A stretch of 64,000 bases of DNA from Anaerolineae bacterium (GCA_034432395.1 DAOUBU010000109.1:5509-69508); one strand, 5' to 3'. Positions 52,292-62,119 are shown, counted from the stretch's first letter. The notes: generated by a model not told the origin, from the sequence alone. A program made the numbers and translations.

Positions 52292-52984
52292 GTGATCACG
52301 CTGACGCTGGACTACGTTCTGACCGGGCAGCGGCGCGGCTACACCCTGTCGCCCGCTGACGCCGTGCCGTCCGATATCTACCGGGCGATCTGGCGGGGGG
52401 CGCTGCCGCGCGGGCAGGGGTGGGATGCGCCCGCTTTTATCGGCGCGCGCGCGCTCAAATCATTCCCGATCGATGCGCGCACTGCGGTCATGAGCGCGGT
52501 CACGATCAGCGATCGACGCGACGAACTGGGGCGGGGCGGCATCAAACAAGCGCTGATCCACTACGGCACGCATGACGAGATCCAGGGCGCGCTGCGCGCC
52601 CGGCTGGAGGCGCTGCCTGCGTCGGTCGTCCACCGCGCCGAGGCTGCGCTGGCCTCGCGCGCCTGGGCGCTGCTGTTCAAACGCCACTGGGAGCAGACGC
52701 GCGGCCTCAAACCGCAGACCGTGCTCGTTTTTCCCTACGATCCGGCGCGCTGGCTGTTCATCGAGGCGTGCCTGCTGCTGCTGGCGACGCGCGCCACGCT
52801 GCTGACCAACCTGATCGAGCTGTCGCCGACCGTCAACCCGTTTGCCGATAAACTGCTGTCGTTCACCACGCTGGCGCTTGACCCGCGCGATGAAGCGCGG
52901 CTGGTGGCTGTGCCTACCGGCGCTCCGGCGCTGGCGGGCGTGCCGCATATCGATCTCTCGTCTGCTCAGGGGGTGCCGCTATGA
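52292..52984 (+). CDS. Hypothetical soluble protein, GTPase-associated by position
   Basis: GTG at 52292, preceded by a GGAAGGG SD; the upstream part of ORF 52187.. overlaps the GTPase gene. About 230 aa with no TM helix and no motif I recognise. Its stop overlaps the next start (ATGA at 52981-52984). Confidence 0.6.
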   Translation: MITLTLDYVLTGQRRGYTLSPADAVPSDIYRAIWRGALPRGQGWDAPAFIGARALKSFPIDARTAVMSAVTISDRRDELGRGGIKQALIHYGTHDEIQGALRARLEALPASVVHRAEAALASRAWALLFKRHWEQTRGLKPQTVLVFPYDPARWLFIEACLLLLATRATLLTNLIELSPTVNPFADKLLSFTTLALDPRDEARLVAVPTGAPALAGVPHIDLSSAQGVPL

Positions 52985-53472
52985 ACGTTTCCTCGCTTGC
53001 CAATCTGACCGACGCGCAGCGGGCCGAACTGCGCCGCCGCGTCACCGAACTGGTCGCCCGGCATCGCGCGCGGGAACACCGCCGCGCCTTTCTCTTCTCG
53101 CTGCTGACCAGCGTCGTCCTCACCGGGCTGGGCTATGGGATCCCGATGACCATCCCCGGCGCGATAGAGGCGATCTGGGCCGCAGAAGCCGGTTGGATGG
53201 TGCTGGTCTTCCCGGCTGCCGCCATCGTCATGAATCTGATCTATCATGGTTTCAGCCTGTTGAATGACACGCAGGCCAGCGAGGAACAGCTTCGCGGGAT
53301 CTACACCGGCCAGGCGCTGAGTGCCCTGTTGATGGCGGACGATGCTGTGGCGGTCAAACCCAAGCGCGACGAGGCGCGTTACGCGCTGACGGATGACGGC
53401 GAACTGCTCGCCGAGGCCGATGTGGATGATGGGCTGAATGCGGGCGAGGCGGCGCGGCGGATGCAGCGCTAG
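52981..53472 (+). CDS. Small membrane protein, paralog A (Arg-rich N-helix, 2-3 TM helices, acidic tail)
   Basis: 163 aa. LTDAQRAELRRRVTELVARHR, then hydrophobic helices, then EEQLRGIYTGQALSALLMADD and KPKRDEARYALTDDGELL. Confidence 0.65.
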   Translation: MNVSSLANLTDAQRAELRRRVTELVARHRAREHRRAFLFSLLTSVVLTGLGYGIPMTIPGAIEAIWAAEAGWMVLVFPAAAIVMNLIYHGFSLLNDTQASEEQLRGIYTGQALSALLMADDAVAVKPKRDEARYALTDDGELLAEADVDDGLNAGEAARRMQR

Positions 53473-53508
53473 CGCTAGCCCCGGATAACCGGAACAGGGG
53501 GGAGCACT

Positions 53509-53979
53509 GTGAGCTTCAATGCGTTCATCGGATCGAATCTGTCTCCGGAAAAGCGAGCGGAGCTGCGCCAGCGCGTCAACGCGCGCGTCGAACAGCAGCT
53601 CCGGCGCAGCGAAGTCAGCACGCTGATCGCCTCGATCATCAGCAGCGCGGTGCTGATCGCCCTCGGCATCGGCCTGCCTGGCACCGGTGGCACCCTGATC
53701 CTGCCATTTTTCATGGGGATCGCGATCCTGATCAACCTGCTGCTGCATTCGATGACGGTCAGGCTGCGCAGCCGGGATCATGTCGAACGGCTGCGCGGGC
53801 AGATCGCACGGCAGGTGCTCAACGCCATGCTGACGGCTGACGTGCTGGACGAGGACGCCGCCGGCAAGCAGAAGCGCGACGAGCGGATCTACCGTCTGAG
53901 CGATGATGGCGAGATCATCGACGGCGATGAGGACGAGAACGATACCTACACGGGCGGCAGCCTGGCGATGCTCTCGTGA
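53509..53979 (+). CDS. Small membrane protein, paralog B
   Basis: GTG start after a GGGGGAG SD. 156 aa. LSPEKRAELRQRVNARVEQQLRR, hydrophobic helices, VERLRGQIARQVLNAMLTAD and KQKRDERIYRLSDDGEII. The architecture is collinear with paralog A. Confidence 0.65.
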   Translation: MSFNAFIGSNLSPEKRAELRQRVNARVEQQLRRSEVSTLIASIISSAVLIALGIGLPGTGGTLILPFFMGIAILINLLLHSMTVRLRSRDHVERLRGQIARQVLNAMLTADVLDEDAAGKQKRDERIYRLSDDGEIIDGDEDENDTYTGGSLAMLS

Positions 53980-54084
53980 AGCGTTCGCCCCGGCGGCGCA
54001 GCGTGCTTCGTGATCAAGAGCGATATCCGGATCGGCGGAACGACCTAAATCGCAGACAACTGATGCTGTTCCTTGAGGCCAATC

Positions 54085-56037
54085 ATGTGCAAACGAGCCG
54101 GAATACGCGGGTCGATCCTGATCGTTTTCATCCTGTTCATCCTGCTGAGCGCGATATCGTCCGCCGCCCAGGACAACCGCAGCGTCACGGTGCAGCGCTG
54201 GGACGTCACCCTGACTGATTTCGATCTCAGCCGCAACCAATTTCGCGTCACCGAAGAACAGGACGTCGTCTTCACCGGGACGTTTGAACGGGGGACGCGC
54301 CGCATCCCGCTGACCCATCTGGACGATATCACCGCGATCCGGGTCAGCGTGGATGGAACCGTCCTGCCGCTGGACTGCGCGCGCAGCGCCGGCGCGGTCT
54401 GCGTGACGGACGAAAACGGCGAACGCCTGATCCGCTACGCTTTCCCCGCGCCGGTGCGCGACAGCACGGTCAGGGTCGTCATCGAGTACACCGTCAGCGG
54501 CGCGCTGCGCATCGACCCTGGCGGCGATCAGCTCCGCTGGCGGGCCGTGCCCGAACAGCACAGCTTCCCGATCCGCAGCGCTTCGATCGCGGTCATCCTG
54601 CCGGAGGCGCTTGCGCCGCGTCCGCAGATCGATCCGGTGGAGACGGCGGGCGTCCCGGCGGATATCCGCATCAGCGGGTCGATCATCCGCGCACAGGCGC
54701 TGCGCCCGATCGCACCGGATGAGCCGCTCAGTATCCGCGTTCAGTTCCCCCATACGGCTGGCGCGCGCATCCCCGCCTGGCAGGCCGATCAGGCGGCGCC
54801 GGATGAAGCCGATAACCGGCTGGCGCTGATCAACGTGGGAGCGCTGGCGCTGGCGCTGCTGATCGGCGTGGGCGGCAGTCTGTTCTGGTTCGTGCGCTGG
54901 CGGGTGCGCCGTGGGAGCGAGCCGCGGCCGGTCGTCCCGCAGTATCTGACCGAGCCGCCCGGCGATCTGCCCCCGGCTTTTGCCGCTGTTCTGGTGCAGG
55001 ACAGCTCCAGCATCACCGATCCGATCGTGCTGGGGACGGTGCTCGATCTGGCCCGGAAAGGCTGTATCAGTCTCGCTGAAATCGAGACCGGCGAGGGCAA
55101 GACGCTGGAGCTGATCCAGCGCCAGATGGAACAACCCGGGCTGCTGCCCCATGAGCGCAGTCTGCTGGAAAGCCTGTTTCGCGGCCATGAACGGCGGATG
55201 CTGTCCGATCTGCGCGCGATGGGCCTCACACGAGCGGACAGTGACTGGCAAAAGCAGATCGTGACAGCGATGACCGGGCGCGGGCTGATCGATCTCAGGA
55301 TCGCCGCGGGCCGAAAGAGACAGGTCGTCTCGGCGAGTGTGCTGGCCGCGCTGGCTTTTGGGGTGGCGCTCTTGTGGATTGTTTCGGTTCCCACACCGCT
55401 GCGCGGCGCGGGCGTCCTCATCGCACTGGCGCTGCTGATGAACGCGGGGGCGCTGTGGCTGTTCGCGCCGCCGCGCAGCGTCGTCACCCCGAAAGGGCGC
55501 GAAGAACAGGCGAAGTGGCGGGCTTTCAAAACGGATCTCGAACGCCGCATCGATCCCCGAAACGGGCCGGCCATGCCAGCCAGCGATTTCGAGCGCTATC
55601 TGCCGTATACGGTGGCGTTCGGCCTGGCAAAAGGATGGATCGCGCAGTTCAACCACCGCCCCGCCGCGGACGCGCCCGTCCCGGGGACGGGAATTCCAGG
55701 ATGGTACGAGTACGAGCCGCTGCCGCCCGTGATCCTGCTCAACAGAGACAGCCGTTTCCCCTCGACTGAACCCGCCGACATATTCGCCGATCGACCGTTC
55801 GATGACTTCGATGTCGAACCGGATGCCGCCCCCGATTTCGATGCCGCCGAATCGCTGGACTCGCTCAGCGCGGGCCTGAGTACGGCGTTCAACAGCCTGT
55901 CCGACAGCTTCGGCGACATGCTGGACTCGGCGGCGTCGGCGTTCGGCGATCCTGGCGGTTCCGACTCCGGCTGGGGCGGTGGGGGGGACTGGGGGGGCGG
56001 CGGCGACAGCGGCGGTGGCGGTGCGGATTTCTCCTGA
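54085..56037 (+). CDS. DUF2207 domain membrane protein
   Basis: ATG at 54085 (GAGG SD 6 nt upstream). Signal peptide, then an extracytoplasmic beta-rich N-domain (VQRWDVTLTDFDLSRNQFRVTEEQDVVFTGTFERGTRRIPL), several TM helices, and a Gly-rich tail GWGGGGDWGGGGDSGGGGADFS. This matches the DUF2207 layout as I recall it. Confidence 0.7.
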   Translation: MCKRAGIRGSILIVFILFILLSAISSAAQDNRSVTVQRWDVTLTDFDLSRNQFRVTEEQDVVFTGTFERGTRRIPLTHLDDITAIRVSVDGTVLPLDCARSAGAVCVTDENGERLIRYAFPAPVRDSTVRVVIEYTVSGALRIDPGGDQLRWRAVPEQHSFPIRSASIAVILPEALAPRPQIDPVETAGVPADIRISGSIIRAQALRPIAPDEPLSIRVQFPHTAGARIPAWQADQAAPDEADNRLALINVGALALALLIGVGGSLFWFVRWRVRRGSEPRPVVPQYLTEPPGDLPPAFAAVLVQDSSSITDPIVLGTVLDLARKGCISLAEIETGEGKTLELIQRQMEQPGLLPHERSLLESLFRGHERRMLSDLRAMGLTRADSDWQKQIVTAMTGRGLIDLRIAAGRKRQVVSASVLAALAFGVALLWIVSVPTPLRGAGVLIALALLMNAGALWLFAPPRSVVTPKGREEQAKWRAFKTDLERRIDPRNGPAMPASDFERYLPYTVAFGLAKGWIAQFNHRPAADAPVPGTGIPGWYEYEPLPPVILLNRDSRFPSTEPADIFADRPFDDFDVEPDAAPDFDAAESLDSLSAGLSTAFNSLSDSFGDMLDSAASAFGDPGGSDSGWGGGGDWGGGGDSGGGGADFS

Positions 56038-56046
56038 TCCGGGGCG

Positions 56047-57441
56047 TCAGTTCAGGATCTGATACTCGAAGCTGAACGGCCCCATCAGGCCGCTGGCGTC
56101 CTGCGCGGCGATGGCGACCCCGGCGAAGCGGCTGCGGGTGAAGCCGTCCCAGGTGACGGTGTTGGCCGTCACCTCGAAGAAGTTGTCGTACAGAAGCGAG
56201 CCGGGGCGGCGCAGCGCCACGATGTAGCTGCGCGCGTCGGGCGACGGCTGCCAGACCAGCGTCCGCTGGCCCGATCCGTCGTCGCGCAGGCTGATGTTCT
56301 CCGGCGGACGCGGCCCGCCCGCCAGCGCCATCGCACTGGCCAGCACGGTCTGGGTGGCGCGGACGAAATACGATACGCGCAGATTGCCCACCACGTCCTG
56401 ATCGTTGTGGTTGCGGTTCGGGTTCTCCAGCGCCTCGATGAAGCGCACGGCGGGCACGCCGATCTCGCTGAACGACAGGTGATCGCTGTAACGGCCCTCG
56501 CGATCGCCCGCCGGGATCACCTCCAGCGTCATGCCGGGGATGTAGCGCGCGGCGATCAGGTTGAGCGCCCGGGCGAGCTGGCGCGACGGGGCCATGTCGT
56601 CTTCACCGGCGGAATACACGCGCATCCGGTTGTCGATGAGCGACCCGTTCGGCCCGGTGCTGCTGCCGATGATATCCATGTTGAGCATGTAGCTGATCTC
56701 GATATTGTTCGGGCGCAGGTATTCCTCGATCAGGGCGAGGCTGCCCCGGCGCTGAAATTCCTCCGCGCCGAACGCCACGAACATCACCGTGGCCCGCTGC
56801 GGGTACTGGCTCATGATGCGCGCGATCTCGATCAGCGCGGCCACGCCGGAGGCGTTGTCATTGGCCCCCGGCGCGAACGAGACGGCATCGTCGAAAGCGA
56901 CCGTGCGCGAGTCGTAGTGCGCGCCGATCAGGACGATGCCCGCGCCCGTCTCCGAACCGCCGATCACAGCGATGATGTTGCTCTGGGTCGTCTGGATATC
57001 GGCCATCGTCATGCTGAACTCGTGGGGGGGCAGCACGGTCAGCCGCCCGGCGGACTGCGCCCGGATGGCCTCGAACTGACGCTGGACGTAGGCCGCGGCG
57101 GCCCCGACCCCGCGCGCAGGGTCGGTGCGGCTCGAATTGATGTGCCGCGTGTACATATTCTGCAGGTTGGTGACGTGTTCGTACAGCCGGTCGCCCTGCA
57201 CCTGGTTGATGATGTTGACCAGCGCCGTGCCGGTCTGCTGCTGCGGGATGCTGGTGGCGACCAGCGGCAGCTCTTCCGGGGCCAGTGTGGCGTAGCCGAT
57301 GGTGGGCGGCGGCGTGGCGGTGGCGCGCGGCACGATCGTCGGCGGGGCGCTTTCGCTGCTCAGGTTGCAGGCGATCGCAGCCAATCCCAGTGAGGCCAGG
57401 GCGAGCAGGGGAACGAGCAGACGGCGCTTCATGATCGGCAT
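56047..57441 (-). CDS. M28-family metallo-aminopeptidase, probable lipoprotein, with C-terminal beta-sandwich domain
   Basis: Lipobox-like LGLAAIAC. Carries GAHYDS, GANDNASGVAAL and FGAEE zinc-ligand motifs. Confidence 0.85.
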   Translation of the reverse strand: MPIMKRRLLVPLLALASLGLAAIACNLSSESAPPTIVPRATATPPPTIGYATLAPEELPLVATSIPQQQTGTALVNIINQVQGDRLYEHVTNLQNMYTRHINSSRTDPARGVGAAAAYVQRQFEAIRAQSAGRLTVLPPHEFSMTMADIQTTQSNIIAVIGGSETGAGIVLIGAHYDSRTVAFDDAVSFAPGANDNASGVAALIEIARIMSQYPQRATVMFVAFGAEEFQRRGSLALIEEYLRPNNIEISYMLNMDIIGSSTGPNGSLIDNRMRVYSAGEDDMAPSRQLARALNLIAARYIPGMTLEVIPAGDREGRYSDHLSFSEIGVPAVRFIEALENPNRNHNDQDVVGNLRVSYFVRATQTVLASAMALAGGPRPPENISLRDDGSGQRTLVWQPSPDARSYIVALRRPGSLLYDNFFEVTANTVTWDGFTRSRFAGVAIAAQDASGLMGPFSFEYQILN

Positions 57442-57504
57442 TCTAGCATACGGCGGGCGCGGCTTGCATAAACGTCGAGGGGTCGGCGGGCGCGCGGATG
57501 ATCA

Positions 57505-57891
57505 TCAGCGGGGCAGCGCCACGACCATCGCGATGGCGTGATCGCGCGTGTGCGACAGGCTGACATCCCAGCGCATCAGATCCAGGTCAGCGGCGGCGCG
57601 CGCCGCTTCGCCATGCAGATGCAGCACCGGACGTCCGGCGGCATCGGCCAGGATTTCGATATCGACCCAGCGCACCGAGCCGATCCCGGTTCCGAGCGCT
57701 TTGGCCACGGCCTCTTTGGCCGCCAGCCGCGCCGCCAGCCGCATCGGCTGATCGGCGCACAAGGCCCGTTCCGCCGCGGTGAAGAACCGGTTGAGGAAGC
57801 GCGCGCCGAACCGGTCGATGCCGGCGCGCACCCGTTCCGTTTCGATCAGATCGACCCCGCAGCGCAGCATCCCGTCCTCATGATCGGCCAC
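57505..57891 (-). CDS. acpS: Holo-[acyl-carrier-protein] synthase
   Basis: 128 aa with GVDLIETERV, FTAAE, AAKEAVAKALGTG and SLSHT motifs. Confidence 0.9.
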   Translation of the reverse strand: MADHEDGMLRCGVDLIETERVRAGIDRFGARFLNRFFTAAERALCADQPMRLAARLAAKEAVAKALGTGIGSVRWVDIEILADAAGRPVLHLHGEAARAAADLDLMRWDVSLSHTRDHAIAMVVALPR

Positions 57892-58005
57892 CCGGATGGT
57901 GATACATTGTTACAGCCGCGCGCGTTAAAATCAAGCGATAGTGGGCGCGCTCGTCCGCGGGTTTGTTCCCTGAGGCGTTCCAGCAGTCAGATGAGGATCC
58001 AGGCC

Positions 58006-59541
58006 ATGATCGACACCCAGAACCCGGCATCGCAGCCGACCGACTATCCGCAGATCCCGGTCACCAACCCGGTGACGGGCGAGGTGATCGGCACGATCCC
58101 TGCGCTCGATCGGGATGCGGTCGCTGAGGCGGTGGCGCGTGCCCGCGCCGCCCAGCCCGCCTGGGAGGCGCTCAGTCCACGCGAACGGGCGCGCATCGTC
58201 CGCGGCTGGAACGATGACCTGTGGGCGCGGCGGGACGAGATCATCCCGATCCTGCGCCGCGAGACCGGCAAGACGGCGGGCGATGCCTTCCTGGAGATCG
58301 CCGCGCAGGATAACCTGAACCTGTATTACATCAAGGCCGCGCCGCGCCTGCTGCGCCCGCAGAAGCGGCCCACGCTCTTCCCGATCATCCACAGCGCCGT
58401 GGTGATGTACCGGGCGCGCGGGGTGTGCGGCTTCATCACCCCGTGGAATTACCCGGTCTTTCTGGCGTGGATCGACCTCGTGCCGGCGCTGCTGGCGGGC
58501 AATGCCGTCGTCCTCAAGCCGAGCGAGATCACGCCCTACTCATCGCTCTGGCTGGCCGATCGCCTGCGCGAGCACCTGAGCCGGGCCGGCCAGTCGCCCG
58601 ATCTGATCCAGGTCGTCACCGGGGATGGGCGCACCGGCGCGGCGCTGGTCGATCAGGTCGATTACATCGCCTTCACCGGCAGCACGGCCACCGGGCGCAA
58701 AGTCGGCGTGCGCGCCGCCGAGCGGCTGATCCCCTTCAGCCTGGAACTGGGCGGCAACGATCCCTGTATCGTCCTCGACGATGCCAACCTCGACATGGCC
58801 GCGGCTGGCGTGCTGGTCGGCGCGCTGGAAAACACCGGTCAGGCCTGCGTCAGCACCGAGCGCGTGTACGTGCTGGAAAGCGTGTACGACCGATTCGTCG
58901 ACAAAGTCCAGCACTACATCCGGCAGATCCGCATGGCCGTCGATGATCCCGACGCGCAGGTGGGCAGTATGATCAACGAGCGCGAAGTCCAGCGCGTCGA
59001 GGCCCAGGTGGCGGACGCTGTGGCGCGCGGGGCGCGCGTCCTGTGCGGCGGGCGGCGGCGGCCCGATCTGGGGCCGCTCTTTTACGAGCCGACGGTGCTG
59101 GTCGATGTCGATCACGCGATGGCCGTCATGCGCGACGAGACGTTCGGCCCGCTGATCCCGATCATGAAGGTGCGCGACGAAGATGAAGCGGTGCGGCTGG
59201 CCAACGACAGCAGCTTCGGCCTGTCCGCGGTCATCTTCTCCGACAATCTGGCGCGGGCGCGGCGGCTGGCGGCGCGCATCACCTCCGGCGATGTCACCAT
59301 CAACAAGGCGCATCTCAACTTCTACACGCCGTCCGTGCCGATGGGCGGCGAGAAAGACAGCGGTCTGGGGCGGCGCAACGGCCCCGAAGGCCTGATGCGT
59401 TTCGTCCGCCCGCACAGCATCGTCGTCCAGCGGCCCTGGCACTGGCTGATCCGCCCGTACCTGGCGCATCACGATCCGCTGACGGTCACGATGTACAAAT
59501 TGTGGCGGCACGTGCGCCGCCGTATCCCCTGGCTGGCGTGA
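58006..59541 (+). CDS. NAD(P)-dependent aldehyde dehydrogenase (succinate-semialdehyde dehydrogenase-like)
   Basis: ORF 57538.. trimmed to the ATG at 58006; the extension is antisense to acpS. Carries [42 protein letters not shown] and EETFGP-like DETFGP. Confidence 0.9.
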   Translation: MIDTQNPASQPTDYPQIPVTNPVTGEVIGTIPALDRDAVAEAVARARAAQPAWEALSPRERARIVRGWNDDLWARRDEIIPILRRETGKTAGDAFLEIAAQDNLNLYYIKAAPRLLRPQKRPTLFPIIHSAVVMYRARGVCGFITPWNYPVFLAWIDLVPALLAGNAVVLKPSEITPYSSLWLADRLREHLSRAGQSPDLIQVVTGDGRTGAALVDQVDYIAFTGSTATGRKVGVRAAERLIPFSLELGGNDPCIVLDDANLDMAAAGVLVGALENTGQACVSTERVYVLESVYDRFVDKVQHYIRQIRMAVDDPDAQVGSMINEREVQRVEAQVADAVARGARVLCGGRRRPDLGPLFYEPTVLVDVDHAMAVMRDETFGPLIPIMKVRDEDEAVRLANDSSFGLSAVIFSDNLARARRLAARITSGDVTINKAHLNFYTPSVPMGGEKDSGLGRRNGPEGLMRFVRPHSIVVQRPWHWLIRPYLAHHDPLTVTMYKLWRHVRRRIPWLA

Positions 59542-59547
59542 ACGATT

Positions 59548-60639
59548 TCAGCCCACCGGCATGCCGAACGACTCCGCCACCGCCGGGTGGGTGATGCGCC
59601 CGTCGCGGACATTCAGGCCCCGGGCCAGCCCCGGATCGAGGGCGAACGCTTCATCGACGCCGTGATCGGCCAGCAGCAGGGCGTAGCGCAGCGTCGCATT
59701 GCTGAGCGCGAAGCTCGACGTGCGCGGCACGGCTCCCGGCATGTTGGCGACGCCGTAGTGCAGGATGTCCTCGACGAAGTAGATCGGATCGCTGTGCGTG
59801 GTCGGGTGCGTGCTCTCGACGATGCCGCCCTGATCGACGGCCACATCGACGATGACGCTGCGCGGCGGCATCAGCCTGAGCATCTCCTTGCTCACCAGTT
59901 TGGGCGCGCGCCGCCCGGTGAGCAGTACCGCGCCGATCAGCACGTCGGCATGGCGCAGCGACTCGGCGATCGTGCCCTGGTTGCTGTGCAGCGTGATCAG
60001 CCGCCCGTGCAGCACTTCATCGAGGTAGCGCAGCCGGTCGGTGTTGACGTCGAGCAGGGTGACCTGCGCGCCCATGCCGAGCGCCACCTGCGCGGCATTC
60101 GTGCCCACCGTGCCCGCGCCGATGATGACGACGTGAGCCGGGCGCGTGCCGGGCACGCCGCCCATCAGCAGACCGCGCCCGCCTTCCGGTTTTTGCAGGT
60201 AGTGCGCGGCGATCTGGGTCGCCATGCGCCCGGCCACCTCGCTCATCGGCTGGAGCAGGGGCAGGCTGCCGTCGGGCTTTTCGACCGTTTCGTAGGCGAT
60301 GCCGGTCACGCCGCTGTCCACCATCACGCGGGTCAGCTCTTCCGACGCGGCCAGATGCAGATAGGTGAAGAGCACCAGATCGGGGCGCAGGAAGCCGTAT
60401 TCGCTGCTGACCGGTTCCTTGACCTTGATCACCATCTGCGCCGCCCAGGCCTCTTGCGCCGCATCGACGATGCGCGCGCCCGCCGCCAGGTACTCGGCAT
60501 CGTCGAAACCGCTGCCCAGCCCGGCCCCGCGCTGCACCAGCACCGTGTGCCCGTGGCGGATCAGCTCGCGCACGCCGCCCGGCGTCATGCTGACACGATA
60601 TTCATTGTCTTTAACTTCTTTTGGGACTCCGATCAGCAT
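59548..60639 (-). CDS. ald: Alanine dehydrogenase
   Basis: Trimmed to the ATG at 60639 ([23 protein letters not shown]). [10 protein letters not shown] Rossmann loop. 363 aa. Confidence 0.92.
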   Translation of the reverse strand: MLIGVPKEVKDNEYRVSMTPGGVRELIRHGHTVLVQRGAGLGSGFDDAEYLAAGARIVDAAQEAWAAQMVIKVKEPVSSEYGFLRPDLVLFTYLHLAASEELTRVMVDSGVTGIAYETVEKPDGSLPLLQPMSEVAGRMATQIAAHYLQKPEGGRGLLMGGVPGTRPAHVVIIGAGTVGTNAAQVALGMGAQVTLLDVNTDRLRYLDEVLHGRLITLHSNQGTIAESLRHADVLIGAVLLTGRRAPKLVSKEMLRLMPPRSVIVDVAVDQGGIVESTHPTTHSDPIYFVEDILHYGVANMPGAVPRTSSFALSNATLRYALLLADHGVDEAFALDPGLARGLNVRDGRITHPAVAESFGMPVG

Positions 60640-60673
60640 TTTATGTGCTCCCCGCAAACCCTGATTTATTCGT

Positions 60674-60681
60674 ATTCTACA
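60674..60681 (-). promoter_or_regulatory. Candidate extended -10 element (TGTAGAAT) upstream of ald
   Basis: The minus strand reads CATCATGTAGAATACG. TAGAAT lies at 60679-60674, about 35 nt upstream of the ald ATG, in an AT-rich intergenic region. Confidence 0.3.
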
Positions 60682-60805
60682 TGATGCAGGAAAAATGCGG
60701 CGCAAATTCGTACAAACTGCCGCACTCTCCTTGCACCTGTTCGACCGGGTTGGAATACGTCACGCTGCGCACCGCACAGCGTCGCATGATCTGTGCCGAA
60801 CGGGT

Positions 60806-61564
60806 TCAGGAGGAGATCAACAGGCCGATGAGCGACATCAGGGCAAAGGCGATGATGATGCCGCCGGACACGCGGTTGATCCACAGCAGCCAGCGCTCGG
60901 TGAGGTGCGTTCGTACCAGCGAGACGACCGTCGTCAGGCTCAGCCACCACAGCATCGACCCGCTGAAGACACCGCCGACCGTTCCGATCGCACAGACCGG
61001 ATCGGTCGAAGACAGGTTGGCCCCCGCGAAGATGCCGGTGAACAGGAGGATCGTCATCGGGTTGGCAATCGTCAGCGCCAGTGCGGATAGGTATGCGCCG
61101 CGCCCGCCGGCGCGCTCAGCGCCGCTGGCCGCGGTGAGTTCGCGTGGGACTGGGACGGCCACCAGCGTTCGGATGCCCAGGTAGAGCAGGAACAGGCCGC
61201 CGACAAGACGAACGGGTGTATTCAGGCTGAGGAGGAAATTGCTGAGCAGTGTGAGGCCGAAAGTGGCGATGGCGGCGTAGACCGCATCGGCGCTGGCGAC
61301 CCCTAGCCCGCTGAGGAGGGCATGTGTTCGGCCATGCACCAGCGTCCGCTGCATGATGAGGACACCGATGGGGCCGACGGGCGCGGCAAGCGAGACCCCG
61401 ATGATGATGGCGTTAAACGCCGTTCTGAAGACACGTTTCCATGAACGTTTATCCCCTTTGTTTTTTGCAGTCCTGCATGGACAACGTACAGTCAGTGCGA
61501 TGATAATCCTGATCGCTGATTTGTCAACCAGAAGAGGAACTCCATGCAGATTAACGTGCCCCAT
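60806..61564 (-). CDS. LysE/RhtB-family amino-acid exporter (start codon unresolved)
   Basis: The C-terminal roughly 205 aa (FNAIIIGVSLAAPVGPIGVL...) are LysE-type with 5-6 TM helices. The only canonical in-frame start that keeps TM1 is the ATG at 61564. That start adds about 40 atypical residues and overlaps the divergent GNAT start by 21 nt. Confidence 0.6.
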   Translation of the reverse strand: MGHVNLHGVPLLVDKSAIRIIIALTVRCPCRTAKNKGDKRSWKRVFRTAFNAIIIGVSLAAPVGPIGVLIMQRTLVHGRTHALLSGLGVASADAVYAAIATFGLTLLSNFLLSLNTPVRLVGGLFLLYLGIRTLVAVPVPRELTAASGAERAGGRGAYLSALALTIANPMTILLFTGIFAGANLSSTDPVCAIGTVGGVFSGSMLWWLSLTTVVSLVRTHLTERWLLWINRVSGGIIIAFALMSLIGLLISS

Positions 61565-62119
61565 ACGCTGAAGACGGAGCGTCTGCTCCTGCGCGCGGTG
61601 CAGGCGGGCGATGGGGCGCTGATCAACGAGGCGGTCAACGCATCGCACGAGGCGCTCAAGCGCTGGATGCCGTGGGCGCGTTCGCCCCATTCGCCCGCCG
61701 AGAGCGAGACCTTCGCCCGCGAGGCGGCGGCCCGGTTCCGCGCTCTGGAGGAGTTCAGCTACTGCATCTTCCTGACTGCGGAACCGGGATCGCCCGGCGC
61801 AGGGCGGTACATCGGCCAGATCGGCCTGCATCACCTCGACTGGGAGGTGCCGTGTTTCGAACTGGGCTACTGGCTGCGCAGCGATCAGACCGGTCACGGG
61901 TACATGACCGAGGCGGTGCGCGCGCTGGCCGAGATGAGCTTCGCGACGCTGGGCGCGCAGCGGCTGGAGATCCGCTGCGACGAGCGCAACCGGGCCAGCG
62001 CGGCGGTCGCGCAGCGCGCCGGCTTCACCCTGGAAGCGCGCATGCCGCGCAAAGCCCGGGCCAACGACGGATCGCTGGCGACGATCCTGCTGTTCTCCCG
62101 GCTGCGCCCGGACGAATAA
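61544..62119 (+). CDS. GNAT-family N-acetyltransferase (RimJ/RimL-like)
   Basis: 191 aa. TERLLLRAV..., IGQIGLHHLDW..., GYWLRSDQTGHGYMTEAVRAL and QRAGFTLEA are typical of Acetyltransf_3-type GNATs. GAAGAGGA SD upstream. Confidence 0.85.
   Translation: MQINVPHTLKTERLLLRAVQAGDGALINEAVNASHEALKRWMPWARSPHSPAESETFAREAAARFRALEEFSYCIFLTAEPGSPGAGRYIGQIGLHHLDWEVPCFELGYWLRSDQTGHGYMTEAVRALAEMSFATLGAQRLEIRCDERNRASAAVAQRAGFTLEARMPRKARANDGSLATILLFSRLRPDE

Noticed and set aside
52966-55656. 896-aa minus-strand ORF antisense to the small membrane proteins and the DUF2207 gene
   Set aside because: The composition is dominated by R, A, D, G, Q and H. There is no SD, signal peptide or TM pattern. The plus-strand genes have coherent topology, paralogy and ribosome-binding sites.
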